Under the pieces are notes generated by a model. That model worked only from the letters and a program-made list of their open reading frames with translations. It had not been told where the DNA came from and ran no database searches. A DNA stretch of 64,000 bases. Origin: Flectonema sp. DT1601. Taxonomy: Eukaryota. The DNA lies in the NCBI GenBank assembly GCA_964019425.1, contig OZ025784.1, forward strand, positions 1 through 64,000. The letters are read 5' to 3'. Each line of letters opens with the position of its first letter. Positions within the stretch are counted from its first letter, which is position 1. Positions 1 through 9,861 of the stretch are shown here, piece by piece. A program made the position numbers and the translations under genes.

Positions 1-263
1 TTACGGGTTTGCGGGTTTGCGGGTTTGCGGGTTTGCGGGTTTGCGGGTTTGCGGGTTTGCGGGTTTGCGGGTTTGCGGGTTTGCGGGTTTGCGGGTTTGC
101 GGGTTTGCGGGTTTGCGGGTTTGCGGGTTTGCGGGTTTGCGGGTTTGCGGGTTTGCGGGTTTGCGGGTTTGCGGGTTTGCGGGTTTGCGGGTTTGCGGGT
201 TTGCGGGTTTGCGGGTTTGCGGGTTTGCGGGTTTGCGGGTTTGCGGGTTTGCGGGTTTGCGGG
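1..263 (+). repeat. Telomere-like octamer tandem array (TTTGCGGG)n, left flank of the YR retrotransposon
   Basis: About 32 near-perfect TTTGCGGG units from the window start, ending at ...TTTGCGGG|GAACC. Confidence 0.97.
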
Positions 264-625
264 GAACCGCTCTGCATTTTCTATGCGATATCTGCTATAG
301 AAATGTAAAAGTAATAATGAAATAGAAAACAGAGAGGGAGTAAGCAAGCAATTAATACTAAAGGAGAATGACGGAATCCAATTAAGGATAATTGAAATTG
401 ATCAGCTATATCGAATTCTGACATGCCGTCGTGTCTCATCCATAAAGTATATCGCAGCTGTGATGGGAGATGATGGTTGTGAATTATAGTAATCGATAAT
501 TGAAGTATTGTCCACGTACGAAGTATATTCATTTGCGACGGGGGTAGCAGGGCGCCACAGAGGCGAAATCGTCCGGACCAGGCTGCGAAAGGCATGCATG
601 GCCACGGGACGGGGGCGCCGTCACG
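262..625 (-). repeat. Split direct repeat B2 (364 bp)
   Basis: Matches 820-1183 at offset 558, from GGGAACCGCTC to GGCGCCGTCACG. Confidence 0.95.
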
Positions 626-642
626 GGGGTCGGGTGGGTGGG

Positions 643-821
643 AACAAAAAAGTTGTTTTCTTTAAAGCAAAGCCAGCCAAACCTGAAAGTAGAAAGAACA
701 ATATTCACCAGAGAATAACGGCGAAATAAAGTAAAATCTCTTTACAAGAAGTCGGCGCCAAGCGCTAAATCAAGGCTGTGATATCGCTATGCCATTTGAG
801 CTGTTCCCTGTAAAGGTGAGG
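643..821 (-). repeat. Split direct repeat A2 (179 bp)
   Basis: Matches 5339-5517 at offset 4696, from AACAAAAAAGTTG to TAAAGGTGAGG. Confidence 0.95.
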
Positions 822-1183
822 GAACCGCTCTGCATTTTCTATGCGATATCTGCTATAGAAATGTAAAAGTAATAATGAAATAGAAAACAGAGAGGGAGTA
901 AGCAAGCAATTAATACTAAAGGAGAATGACGGAATCCAATTAAGGATAATTGAAATTGATCAGCTATATCGAATTCTGACATGCCGTCGTGTCTCATCCA
1001 TAAAGTATATCGCAGCTGTGATGGGAGATGATGGTTGTGAATTATAGTAATCGATAATTGAAGTATTGTCCACGTACGAAGTATATTCATTTGCGACGGG
1101 GGTAGCAGGGCGCCACAGAGGCGAAATCGTCCGGACCAGGCTGCGAAAGGCATGCATGGCCACGGGACGGGGGCGCCGTCACG
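820..1183 (-). repeat. Split direct repeat B1 (364 bp)
   Basis: Copy of 262-625; begins at the RT ORF stop codon (1179-1181). Confidence 0.95.
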
Positions 1184-3935
1184 CCACCACCACATCGCGA
1201 GTCAAAAATTCCTGCACCGCAAGTTGGACATCACGCATATGAGCAAGAGAGTCTATCTTGCAAGGCTCAATGCGTGATGGGAGGTCGGCTGGGTTCTGTG
1301 CAGAAACGATGTATCTCATCTCAAATGAAATCTGTCGTTCCCTAAGAAATGTAATGGACTGAACTACTGCATCATTAAGTCGGCGGCATCTCATAGACAT
1401 CCGCTTGCGCGCAACGCCCAAAACCGATGTGTTGTCAATCCAGAACGCCACAGACCGCCCGTTGCAAGAATCCGGCAATGCCACAACAGTATTCCTGAGA
1501 GCCAGTGCCTCCAGAATATTAATATGTAGCGACTGCTCAGACGGCCCCCAGGAGTTCCCAAGAACGGTCACCTCAGCCGTCGCATCGTCAACGATCACAC
1601 CCCCCCAGCCACGAAGCGAGGCATCGATAAATACAGTAAAGAGCTTCTCCTGGTGGCTGAAAGGTTCGGAAATCAACCTCCCATTAACCGCTTCATTTGA
1701 CCATGATGCCAGCTCTCTCTGAACAGACCGTGGTATCCGTACAACATCAGAAGGTGCCCGTCTGCCGCTATTCAGGCTGTTCGAAATCCTTCGGATGAAC
1801 TTCATCGCAAACCAGAAAGCCCCTGGTGAGGTGGCCGAGATAGCGGAAGCATGCATGAGACGGCCCCCAAGGGACTCGATCGCACCTGCCCCCATCGATA
1901 AGAGGTCACACTCCATGATCTTCCTCCTAATCTTCTCACTGGCACGAACCTCATGGCTGCCATGGTCGAAGTCAACGCCAAGAAATGTATACTTCTGGGC
2001 CGCCGTATTGCTATCGGCCGGCTTCCATGTCAGGTTACAGCGATCAGCAGTCTCGTCCAAATTATAGGTCGCCGCGAGCACAGCGCCAGAATCACCAGTG
2101 TAGCGAATGTTATCAATGAAGATATCAACATCCACACCAGTCGCTGCCCACCCATCACTCACATAAGACGGATCACCAGCTGCTGCCGCCGCAAGCGTGT
2201 GCATGACTTCGGGAGCACACACATGCCCCATCGGCAGACGGCAGAGCTCATACCACAACCCGTCGGCTGCACGAAAGCGAAAAAGGTCACGCGCATCCTC
2301 TGGTATTTCAATGGCATAGAACCCGGTCTTAAAGTCCCTCGTCGTGGCACACTCAGCCCTCACGGAATCGAGGTAACCAGAAACGTGCCTGAGCGGAACC
2401 TTCGCCTTGTACAGCCCCTCTGCCCAGCGGTTCGCATCCCTCGTCCAGAGGATAAACCGCTGCCTCAGCCCCTCCGGCTTCTCCTCCAACACCGTGAACG
2501 GGACATTCCCTGATCGCCCGGGCCCAATCGCTACCCGAGCAACCGAGTGTTCAACAAGGAGGCCAGCATGCTCCGACGATAAAGATGATTCGGGAGGTTG
2601 CCTGCGCCTGCCAACTACAGGGTAGAAAGTCATCTTCCAAACTGTGTCAAACCTCTCCCTCGCATCAGCTGAAAGGCGGCTGCGCAATCCCTGAACATCC
2701 ATCGGCTCAATCGACCCCACGTGAAGAGGCGACCTACGTTCCCCCTCCGTCGCCGGAATACGTGTCCTCTTCCCCCTGCGGGCAATGCTATGCATCGAAG
2801 TGCCACGAGCGACGTTCCTACCCAGCGCAGTATACACATCCGCCTTACTCAAAGCAATCTCGTCACCTTCCAAGTCTGGAGAGCGCGTGCCGTGTCGACT
2901 GCATTCGAGCTGTACCTCAGCGTCGTTTGCGATATCGCCGGCCCTCCTTCCGAGTGCTTCAGGAGGCGAGACACCAGTACCGCATCGGTAATCCTCCCAT
3001 CTGCGAGGGCGGCCATCAGAACGGATGCCGCACCTCTTTTTATGGAGTGCCCTGTCAACCCTTCCATCCCAGGGACCTGTTGCCAGTGGTGCGCAATCCT
3101 CCCTGTTGTTGCCTCCGCGAGGAGGTCGAACGGGGACAGAAGCCTGACGAGAGCTGCAATCTCTCCCACCAAATCGCCCCGGATCACCGCCCACCTCGAA
3201 GCGACGTACGGGTTCCCGCGGCGGTGCTTCGGCAGGACCCCCCAATCCACAATCACCTCCGAGTCTTCGACCAAAATGAAGTGCTCTGATGTCAAGAGGC
3301 GCACCTCCCCCCAGCGAGATGCCGTCTTCCAGCAAACGAGAGCCGCCAGCCTCAGCTCCGGTCCCAGTTGCCGCACCCAACCTAGCAGTTGCTGCCTCGT
3401 CATCGGCCTTGCCTGCGTCACCGGAATCGACGCACCGTCCGTCCTCAAAGCGCCTGCGAGACTTAGAAGGGGCTGGTTCTCCACTCCCAGGTGACGGAAG
3501 ACACCCGACAGTGCCTTGGCATACTGAAGTTGCCCCTGGGGGCGGACACCTGTTGCCACGACGAATAGAGCCGCGGTCTCGGCATCGACGGGGAGCCCTC
3601 GCGACCGAGCCCATCTCTCCATCCTTCCCCAGAGGTTGCGTCTCTTCGACGTCGTCTCTGTTGCCCAGAGGTTGGCAATCACGATCCCGAGCCTTTCTAG
3701 AGCCACGTCGTAGTCGACGTCTGCCTCCCCAGTTCTTCCGGTATCGTGCTGCTCCCTGGCAATGTGCTCCAGCACAACCCTTCCAAAGAGCGATGGGATG
3801 CCCGGCGAACCCTTTGTAGCTGTAGTCACTACCACTGGGTGCCCACACCCGCCGGACCCTTGTCTTGGGGACATCCTCATAACGCTGCCAACCAGTGCCC
3901 CGTAGCTGGCTGGTTTTGTGGGGGCAAGGATTCAT
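1179..3935 (-). CDS. Reverse transcriptase-RNase H (pol) of the YR retrotransposon
   Basis: RT motifs DFKTGFYAI, RLPMGHVCAPEVMH, IFIDNIRY, YTFLGVDFD. DIRS-type RNase H motifs VFIDASLRGWGG, HINILEALA, WIDNTSV, NPADLPSR. The N-terminal ~370 aa overlap the YR ORF, so the true start is uncertain. Confidence 0.9.
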   Translation of the reverse strand: MNPCPHKTSQLRGTGWQRYEDVPKTRVRRVWAPSGSDYSYKGFAGHPIALWKGCAGAHCQGAARYRKNWGGRRRLRRGSRKARDRDCQPLGNRDDVEETQPLGKDGEMGSVARAPRRCRDRGSIRRGNRCPPPGATSVCQGTVGCLPSPGSGEPAPSKSRRRFEDGRCVDSGDAGKADDEAATARLGAATGTGAEAGGSRLLEDGISLGGGAPLDIRALHFGRRLGGDCGLGGPAEAPPREPVRRFEVGGDPGRFGGRDCSSRQASVPVRPPRGGNNREDCAPLATGPWDGRVDRALHKKRCGIRSDGRPRRWEDYRCGTGVSPPEALGRRAGDIANDAEVQLECSRHGTRSPDLEGDEIALSKADVYTALGRNVARGTSMHSIARRGKRTRIPATEGERRSPLHVGSIEPMDVQGLRSRLSADARERFDTVWKMTFYPVVGRRRQPPESSLSSEHAGLLVEHSVARVAIGPGRSGNVPFTVLEEKPEGLRQRFILWTRDANRWAEGLYKAKVPLRHVSGYLDSVRAECATTRDFKTGFYAIEIPEDARDLFRFRAADGLWYELCRLPMGHVCAPEVMHTLAAAAAGDPSYVSDGWAATGVDVDIFIDNIRYTGDSGAVLAATYNLDETADRCNLTWKPADSNTAAQKYTFLGVDFDHGSHEVRASEKIRRKIMECDLLSMGAGAIESLGGRLMHASAISATSPGAFWFAMKFIRRISNSLNSGRRAPSDVVRIPRSVQRELASWSNEAVNGRLISEPFSHQEKLFTVFIDASLRGWGGVIVDDATAEVTVLGNSWGPSEQSLHINILEALALRNTVVALPDSCNGRSVAFWIDNTSVLGVARKRMSMRCRRLNDAVVQSITFLRERQISFEMRYIVSAQNPADLPSRIEPCKIDSLAHMRDVQLAVQEFLTRDVVVA
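2849..3880 (-). CDS. Tyrosine recombinase (integrase) of the YR retrotransposon
   Basis: Catalytic R-K-HxxR-H-Y pattern: WKTASRWGEV, LPKHRRG, TGHSIKRGAAS, RLLKHS, TTLRYSS. Confidence 0.92.
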   Translation of the reverse strand: MRMSPRQGSGGCGHPVVVTTATKGSPGIPSLFGRVVLEHIAREQHDTGRTGEADVDYDVALERLGIVIANLWATETTSKRRNLWGRMERWARSRGLPVDAETAALFVVATGVRPQGQLQYAKALSGVFRHLGVENQPLLSLAGALRTDGASIPVTQARPMTRQQLLGWVRQLGPELRLAALVCWKTASRWGEVRLLTSEHFILVEDSEVIVDWGVLPKHRRGNPYVASRWAVIRGDLVGEIAALVRLLSPFDLLAEATTGRIAHHWQQVPGMEGLTGHSIKRGAASVLMAALADGRITDAVLVSRLLKHSEGGPAISQTTLRYSSNAVDTARALQTWKVTRLL

Positions 3936-5332
3936 TTTCCCCTGCCCAACTGCCCGTTTTTTGAACTTGGAACATACGCCCTTGGAGGAGCAGCCGGTGG
4001 CCCCTTATGGGTCGCCCCCACCCGGTGCCCCTTCGACACTTTCTGCGCTGCCTTCCTTGCCTGCGCTGTCGACGGGGTATCCCTCGCAGCATCAAGGGTT
4101 TCGTAGTATGCTTCAGCTCCCCGCGGCCCGTTCTCTGTGCGCAGCAGCTGCCACTCCATCATCTGGTGTAGTGCCGCTATGGCCCCTTCCGTACCTCCCA
4201 AAACAGCCCTCTCCACTGCATTCGCAAGCCTCTTCACTACCTCACTCGCAACTGCCCCAGAGCCCCCGGAATACCTCTCAACAATCGCGCGCCTCAGCAG
4301 CGAACGGCACACGTCATCACGCTCCGCATATCCCAGCCACAACTCCGCATTCCTCGCGATGTCCTCAACAGGTGCATGCGACGCGGCAATTTCCGGGTTC
4401 CAATGCTGCACCGACCAGCCCCCTGCCCTGAACTCCTCTGGTGTGAGGCGCCACAGCCCACTGTCGTTGTGCAAGACTGCAATCGTCACATCAGCCGGTG
4501 CCACGCAGACAACAATCCCTCTTGAGCCTCCGTCCGTAACCTTGGAGCCTACCACCATGCTTGGAGGAAAACCTTCTGTTACCTGTGGCTTTGTTGCAGC
4601 TTGCTGGATCGCTGCCGTAATGGAGCTCATCATTGAGTCCTGATCCGTCCTAACCGGCGGTGGCCCTTGTGGAACAACTTGCGGCCTTCCCATACCTGCC
4701 TTCAGGGTTTCAATCTCACCTTCCAGTCGTGCCATCACGGACTGCTGCTGCTGAACGAACCCCTGCATCATCTCCTCCATCCGTGTCTGGCGGGACTCCG
4801 CTTCCGTCATGTGCCGCCTTGTCGATTGCGCACCGCGATGTAGATCCGCAAACGCCTGACCAGCCTCGCTCCTCAGTCCTTGGATCTTCTCTTCGCCTTG
4901 GCGCAAGCTCTCAGCCGTTGCCTTCCTCAACACATCAGTGTCGACGCGCAAACTCTCCATTGCATCCGCAGCTTCATCATGGGTCACCAGGCGGTTCGAA
5001 TCCCCCGAAGCCAGGCGACTGCTTGCCTTCGCAGCCCGCTCCGCAACGCCGGCCCTATTCACCGAAGACATCATTGCCAACACTACCAACATCTTTTTGA
5101 TTGAAACTTTTTCAATCGCTGCATACTGCACCCCAAGGCAAAGGGCAACAGTAAGCCTAACCAGGCTCTGCAACTCCCTATCGGACTCCAACAAAGCCAA
5201 GTCAACTGGTATTGGTACAAGCTTCACCAACTTCACCAAGTCAACATGCTGTCTTTGCGGAACTTCTCCGACCCTCCGTCCCCATGCCTCAGCTAATGCT
5301 GACGGGAACTCGAAATCGTAGCTTTTTGCCAT
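3932..5332 (-). CDS. Gag-like ORF1 of the YR retrotransposon
   Basis: 466-aa ORF starting 7 nt inside A1, with a coiled-coil segment and a basic C-terminus. Assigned by position. Confidence 0.8.
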   Translation of the reverse strand: MAKSYDFEFPSALAEAWGRRVGEVPQRQHVDLVKLVKLVPIPVDLALLESDRELQSLVRLTVALCLGVQYAAIEKVSIKKMLVVLAMMSSVNRAGVAERAAKASSRLASGDSNRLVTHDEAADAMESLRVDTDVLRKATAESLRQGEEKIQGLRSEAGQAFADLHRGAQSTRRHMTEAESRQTRMEEMMQGFVQQQQSVMARLEGEIETLKAGMGRPQVVPQGPPPVRTDQDSMMSSITAAIQQAATKPQVTEGFPPSMVVGSKVTDGGSRGIVVCVAPADVTIAVLHNDSGLWRLTPEEFRAGGWSVQHWNPEIAASHAPVEDIARNAELWLGYAERDDVCRSLLRRAIVERYSGGSGAVASEVVKRLANAVERAVLGGTEGAIAALHQMMEWQLLRTENGPRGAEAYYETLDAARDTPSTAQARKAAQKVSKGHRVGATHKGPPAAPPRAYVPSSKNGQLGRGK

Positions 5333-5338
5333 TTAAAA

Positions 5339-5517
5339 AACAAAAAAGTTGTTTTCTTTAAAGCAAAGCCAGCCAAACCTGAAAGTAGAAAGAACAATAT
5401 TCACCAGAGAATAACGGCGAAATAAAGTAAAATCTCTTTACAAGAAGTCGGCGCCAAGCGCTAAATCAAGGCTGTGATATCGCTATGCCATTTGAGCTGT
5501 TCCCTGTAAAGGTGAGG
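5339..5517 (-). repeat. Split direct repeat A1 (5' terminus of the element)
   Basis: Copy of 643-821. Contains a minus-strand pyrimidine tract plus AG (TTCTTTCTACTTTCAG) about 50 nt before the gag ATG. Confidence 0.95.
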
Positions 5518-6113
5518 TTTGCGGGTTTGCGGGTTTGCGGGTTTGCGGGCTTGCGGGTTTGCGGGTTTGCGGGTTTGCGGGTTTGCGGGTTTGCGGGTTT
5601 GCGGGTTTGCGGGTTTGCGGGTTTGCGGGTTTGCGGGTTTGCGGGTTTGCGGGTTTGCGGGTTTGCGGGTTTGCGGGTTTGCGGGTTTGCGGGTTTGCGG
5701 GTTTGCGGGTTTGCGGGTTTGCGGGTTTGCGGGTTTGCGGGTTTGCGGGTTTGCGGGTTTGCGGGTTTGCGGGTTTGCGGGTTTGCGGGTTTGCGGGTTT
5801 GCGGGTTTGCGGGTTTTGCGGGTTTGCGGGTTTGCGGGTTTGCGGGTTTGCGGGTTTGCGGGTTTGCGGGTTTGCGGGTTTGCGGGTTTGCGGGTTTGCG
5901 GGTTTGCGGGTTTGCGGGTTTGCGGGTTTGCGGGTTTGCGGGTTTGCGGGTTTGCGGGTTTGCGGGTTTGCGGGTTTGCGGGTTTGCGGGTTTGCGGGTT
6001 TGCGGGTTTGCGGGTTTGCGGGTTTGCGGGTTTGCGGGTTTGCAGGTTTGCGGGTTTGCGGGTTTGCGGGTTTGCGGGTTTGCGGGTTTGCGGGTTTGCG
6101 GGTTTGCGGGTTT
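5516..6113 (+). repeat. Telomere-like octamer tandem array (TTTGCGGG)n, right flank
   Basis: About 74 units with rare variants (CTTGCGGG near 5550, an extra T near 5815, TTTGCAGG near 6044). Confidence 0.97.
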
Positions 6114-6224
6114 CTCCTATATAATTGTCAGCATTGGGGATATTTTGGGTTCTGAGGAAATTCACCAAGTCCTGGGCCAGGTACCCAGGCCAGGCCTCAC
6201 CTAATTACACACTAATTCTTCTTT

Positions 6225-7070
6225 GCATTCCCGCAAGAAGGTCTGGTTCTAAGTGCAACATAAGTGTTGACTGGTGCCGCGCATTACGGAAAGAAAAGTA
6301 GCGTTGCATATTGACCTGTGGCAAGTCGGCGCTACCAAATGACAGTCTGATGATCCACGGCGGGCGGAAAGAAAATTGCTGTTATTTGCCTTTGTCACGG
6401 AATTTTTTTTTTTTTTTTTACCACTTTTTGTGCCACTCACCTCCAAAAAAACATGAGTACATCTTTTTTTTATGGTTATCTCTCGGTCTATCGGCCCCGA
6501 AAAGTCTTCACAAATTTCTGGGTGGAGAAAAAAGTTTTGCAGTTGTTTGCCAGCCAAGACTTACGCAGCACTGTAAGCTGGCCAGGCCTAGCTACTTCCG
6601 TACTGGGAATGAGGCTTCTGTTTCTTCCTGCTAGCAGGCCTGGTGCTAAGTGCTACGTAATAGTGTCACGCATTACAGGAATAATATTAGGTCGCCCAGA
6701 AGTGCTATGTAAGCGCCAGGCCTAGCTACTTCCGTACTGAGAATGAGGCTTCTGTTTCTTCCCGCAAGCAGGCCTGGTACTAAGTGCTACGTAAGTGTTG
6801 AATGGTGTCACGCATTACGGGAAGAAAGGTAGAGTGTTGCATGTTAACCTGTTGTAGGTTGGCACTACCAAATGACCTGATGACCCACGGGGGGGCGTTT
6901 GCGGAAAGAGAATTGCTGCTTTTGCAGTTATTTGCCTTTGTCATGGGTTTTTTTTTTTTTTTTTTTTACTGCTTTTTGTGCCACTCACCTCCAAGAAATC
7001 ATGGTTACACTTTTTTTATGGTTATCCCTTGGCCTATCGATCTCGAAAAGGCTTCACAAATCCCTGAGGA
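6225..7070. repeat. Diverged local duplications
   Basis: ~6228-6520 resembles ~6759-7065. 6581-6660 is nearly identical to 6715-6794 (GCCAGGCCTAGCTACTTCCGTACTG...CTAAGTGCTACGTAA). Confidence 0.75.
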
Positions 7071-7194
7071 GAATAGGTTTTAGAGTTTTGGTGCCAAGCT
7101 GTCTTTTTGTTATGGTTTAGACAATTTGGGTTTTAATAAATAATTCCTTTCATTTTTGCCACCTTTCTGCAATCAATGCTTTTGTAGCACCCCT

Positions 7195-8470
7195 GAGCAA
7201 GTTTTGGCTGCTAATTCTCTTCCCGCAAGCAAATTTTAGCTGCTTATTTTCTTCCCGCAAGCAAATTTTAGCTGCTGATTCTCTTCCCGCAAGCAGATCT
7301 TAGCTGCTTATTTTCTTCCCGCAAGCAAATTTTAGCTGCTTATTTTCTTCCCGCTAGCAAATTTTAGCTGCTTATTTTCTTCCCGCAAGCAAATTTTAGC
7401 TGCTAATTTTCTTCCCGCAAGCAAATTCTAGCTGCTTATTCTCTTCCCGCTAGCAGGTTTTAGCTTCTGATTTTCTTCCCGCAAGCAAATCTTAGCTACT
7501 TATTCCCTTCCCGCAAGCAAATCTTAGCTGCTTATTCTCTTCCCGCAAGCAAATTTTAGCTGCTTATTTTCTTCCCGCAAGCAAATTTTGGCTGCTTATT
7601 CTCTTCCCGCAAGCAAATTTTAGCTGCTGATTCTCTTCCCGCAAGCAAATTTTAGCTGCTAATTTTCTTCCCGCAAGCAAATTCTAGCTGCTTATTCTCT
7701 TCCCGCTAGCAGGTTTTAGCTGCTGATTTTCTTCCCGCAAGCAAATCTTAGCTGCTTATTCTCTTCCCGCAAGCAAATCTTAGCTGCTTATTCTCTTCCC
7801 GCAAGCAAATTTTAGCTGCTTATTTTCTTCCCGCAAGCAAATTTTGGCTGCTTATTCTCTTCCCGCAAGCAAATTTTAGCTGCTTATTCTCTTCCCGCAA
7901 GCAGATTTTAGCTGCTGATCTTCTTCCCGCAAGCAAATTTTAGCTGCTTATTTTCTTCCCGCAAGCAAATTTTGGCTGCTTATTTTCTTCCTGCAAGCAA
8001 ATTATGGCTGCTGATTCTCTTCCCGCAAGCAGATCTTAGCTGCTTATTTTCTTCCCGCAAGCAAATTTTAGCTGCCCATTTTCTTCCCGCAAGCAAATTT
8101 TAGCTGCTTATTTTCTTCCCGCAAGCAAATTTTAGCTGCTTATTCTCTTCCCGCAAGCAAATTTTAGCTGCTTATTTTCTTCCCACAAGCAAAATTTGGC
8201 TGCTGATTCTCTTCCCGCAAGCAAATTTTGGCTGCTTATTTTCTTCCTGCAAGCAAATTTTAGCTGCTTATTTTCTTCCCGCAAGCAAATTTTAGCTGCT
8301 TATTTTCTTCCCGCAAGCAGATTTTAGCTGCTTATTCTCTTCCCGCAAGCAAATTTTGGCTGCTTATTTTCTTCCTGCAAGCAAATTTTAGCTGCTTATT
8401 TTCTTCCCGCAAGCAAATTTTAGCTGCTTACTTTTTTCCTGCAAACAAATTTGAGCTGCCAATTTTCTTC
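7195..8470. repeat. 32-bp minisatellite, about 40 copies
   Basis: Consensus GCTGCTTATTTTCTTCCCGCAAGCAAATTTTA repeated in tandem with single-base variants. Confidence 0.95.
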
Positions 8471-8534
8471 AGTAGGAAGTAAGTAAGATTTATTTTTCCC
8501 TAAGGAAAAATGCTGGATTTTTGTGCCCGAGCAG

Positions 8535-8870
8535 GTCTAAAAAAGATGGGTAACCATTTTCTTAAAGTATAAAATGTGATGAAAATTCTTTTTTAGTATG
8601 GTTTTGAAATTTAAGTGTATGGTTGCCAATTTAGTAGGTAGTTAAAAAAGAATTCTTCAGAAGAAATCTTCCCTTTATAATATTTTCTGAAAGATTTATT
8701 TTTTTCTACAGATCTCCTAAAAAAGATGGGAACACATAGTTGATCTATCCAGAAGTCTTCATAAATCCCTGTTAACCATTTTCTTAAAATATAAAAAGTG
8801 ATGAGAAAGAAATTTTGTTAGTAAGTGGTATGGTTTTGAAATTTAGGTGTATGGCTGCCAATTTAGTTAG
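8535..8870. repeat. Diverged AT-rich direct duplication
   Basis: CTAAAAAAGATGGG...TAACCATTTTCTTAAA...TATGGTTTTGAAATTTA...TGCCAATTTAGT at ~8537-8635 and ~8717-8867. Confidence 0.7.
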
Positions 8871-9861
8871 CAAGAATTTTCTTTTTGAAATAATTTTTTC
8901 CTTCTTAATGAGTTTTGGATTTTAGGTGCCAAGCTGTGAAAAAGCAATCTTTGATTTCATTTCTTTTTTGGTAAAGGGTCTTTCCTACACAAATAGTTTC
9001 AGAACTAACCATTCTTTACAAAACCCAAAATGGCTGTAAACCGTTCGACCCTGGGTGAGGGCATTTTTGTTTTTTCTTGATTCTTTTTCAGGAGGTTGGC
9101 CTTTATTAGTGGCTCCCCCCCCTTGGGGGGGGTTGGGGGGGGGGGCTGCGTTCCGCCATCCCATAGTTCTTCCCACATTTCTATTTTATTGGAAATAATG
9201 AACGATAACCTTATTAATATAACTAAATTCCTATATTCCCATCCCAGGGTCGCACACATTGCAGATACAGGTTCGATAAACCTGTTGTAAAATACTTCCA
9301 AATGTAACAAACAGATAACCTAAGCCACATATCCAATCATCATAAACCTAGCTGTCGTTTTCGTGCTAGCATATTAATATAACAACAACTACAGATATCT
9401 TTCAGAAAAACAAAAACAAAGGACTTGATAAAACAGGGTGCAGTGTGCATTTTCAGCTAAGGGAGGACATTTTTCATTTGTCGTCCTGTTGGGACAGAAA
9501 AGTAATAAATAAATAAAAAATTGATCGAAAAAAAAAAGAAATTGCTTATATATAACGTTTATTTATTTTTATCTTTTTTTTTCATGTTTGATTATTTCCT
9601 CTTCATATTATTTTTTTTTTTTTTTTCTGCCTCTCCCTTAATCCTGTTCGTTTCTTTGAAACAAGAATTCATTTGAATATTATTCCTTGGTCAGCATCTT
9701 TCATTGTCGCCCTTTGGGCCTGTTAAAAAAAAAAAAAAAAAAAAAAAGTTTACATCGGGAATAGGGCAGGAGCCAAAAGCTCCCAGTCCGTTACTTCCCA
9801 CCTTTTCGAAAACTTATTTATAAATAAAAATTGCAGAAAAGTAATAATAATAAAAAGTTGC

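Larger units (their letters stand above)
262..5517 (-). mobile_element. Tyrosine-recombinase retrotransposon (TATE/VIPER/Ngaro-like), apparently full length, with split direct repeats
   Basis: Minus-strand order: A1 (5517-5339), gag-like ORF, YR, RT-RNaseH, B1 (1183-820), A2 (821-643), 17-nt spacer, B2 (625-262). Both ends abut (TTTGCGGG)n. The gag-YR-RT/RH order is that of kinetoplastid VIPER/TATE elements. Confidence 0.93.

Noticed and set aside
9..325. ORFs of repeating RVCGFAGL or RKPANPQT (also 5461-6204, 10249-10562)
   Set aside because: Translations of the stop-free octamer repeat in all frames; no evidence of coding.
281..1195. Duplicated small ORFs in the B repeats
   Set aside because: They recur only because the repeat is duplicated and show no recognisable motifs.
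1405..5321. Numerous plus-strand ORFs antisense to gag, YR and RT
   Set aside because: Expected shadow ORFs in GC-rich coding DNA.
7195..8470. 32-bp periodic array as a possible CRISPR
   Set aside because: The units are contiguous with no unique spacers, there are no cas genes, and the context is eukaryotic.
8985..9310. Short minus-strand ORFs around a C-run/G-run palindrome (~9114-9145)
   Set aside because: No recognisable domain, and the palindrome is made of simple homopolymer runs.
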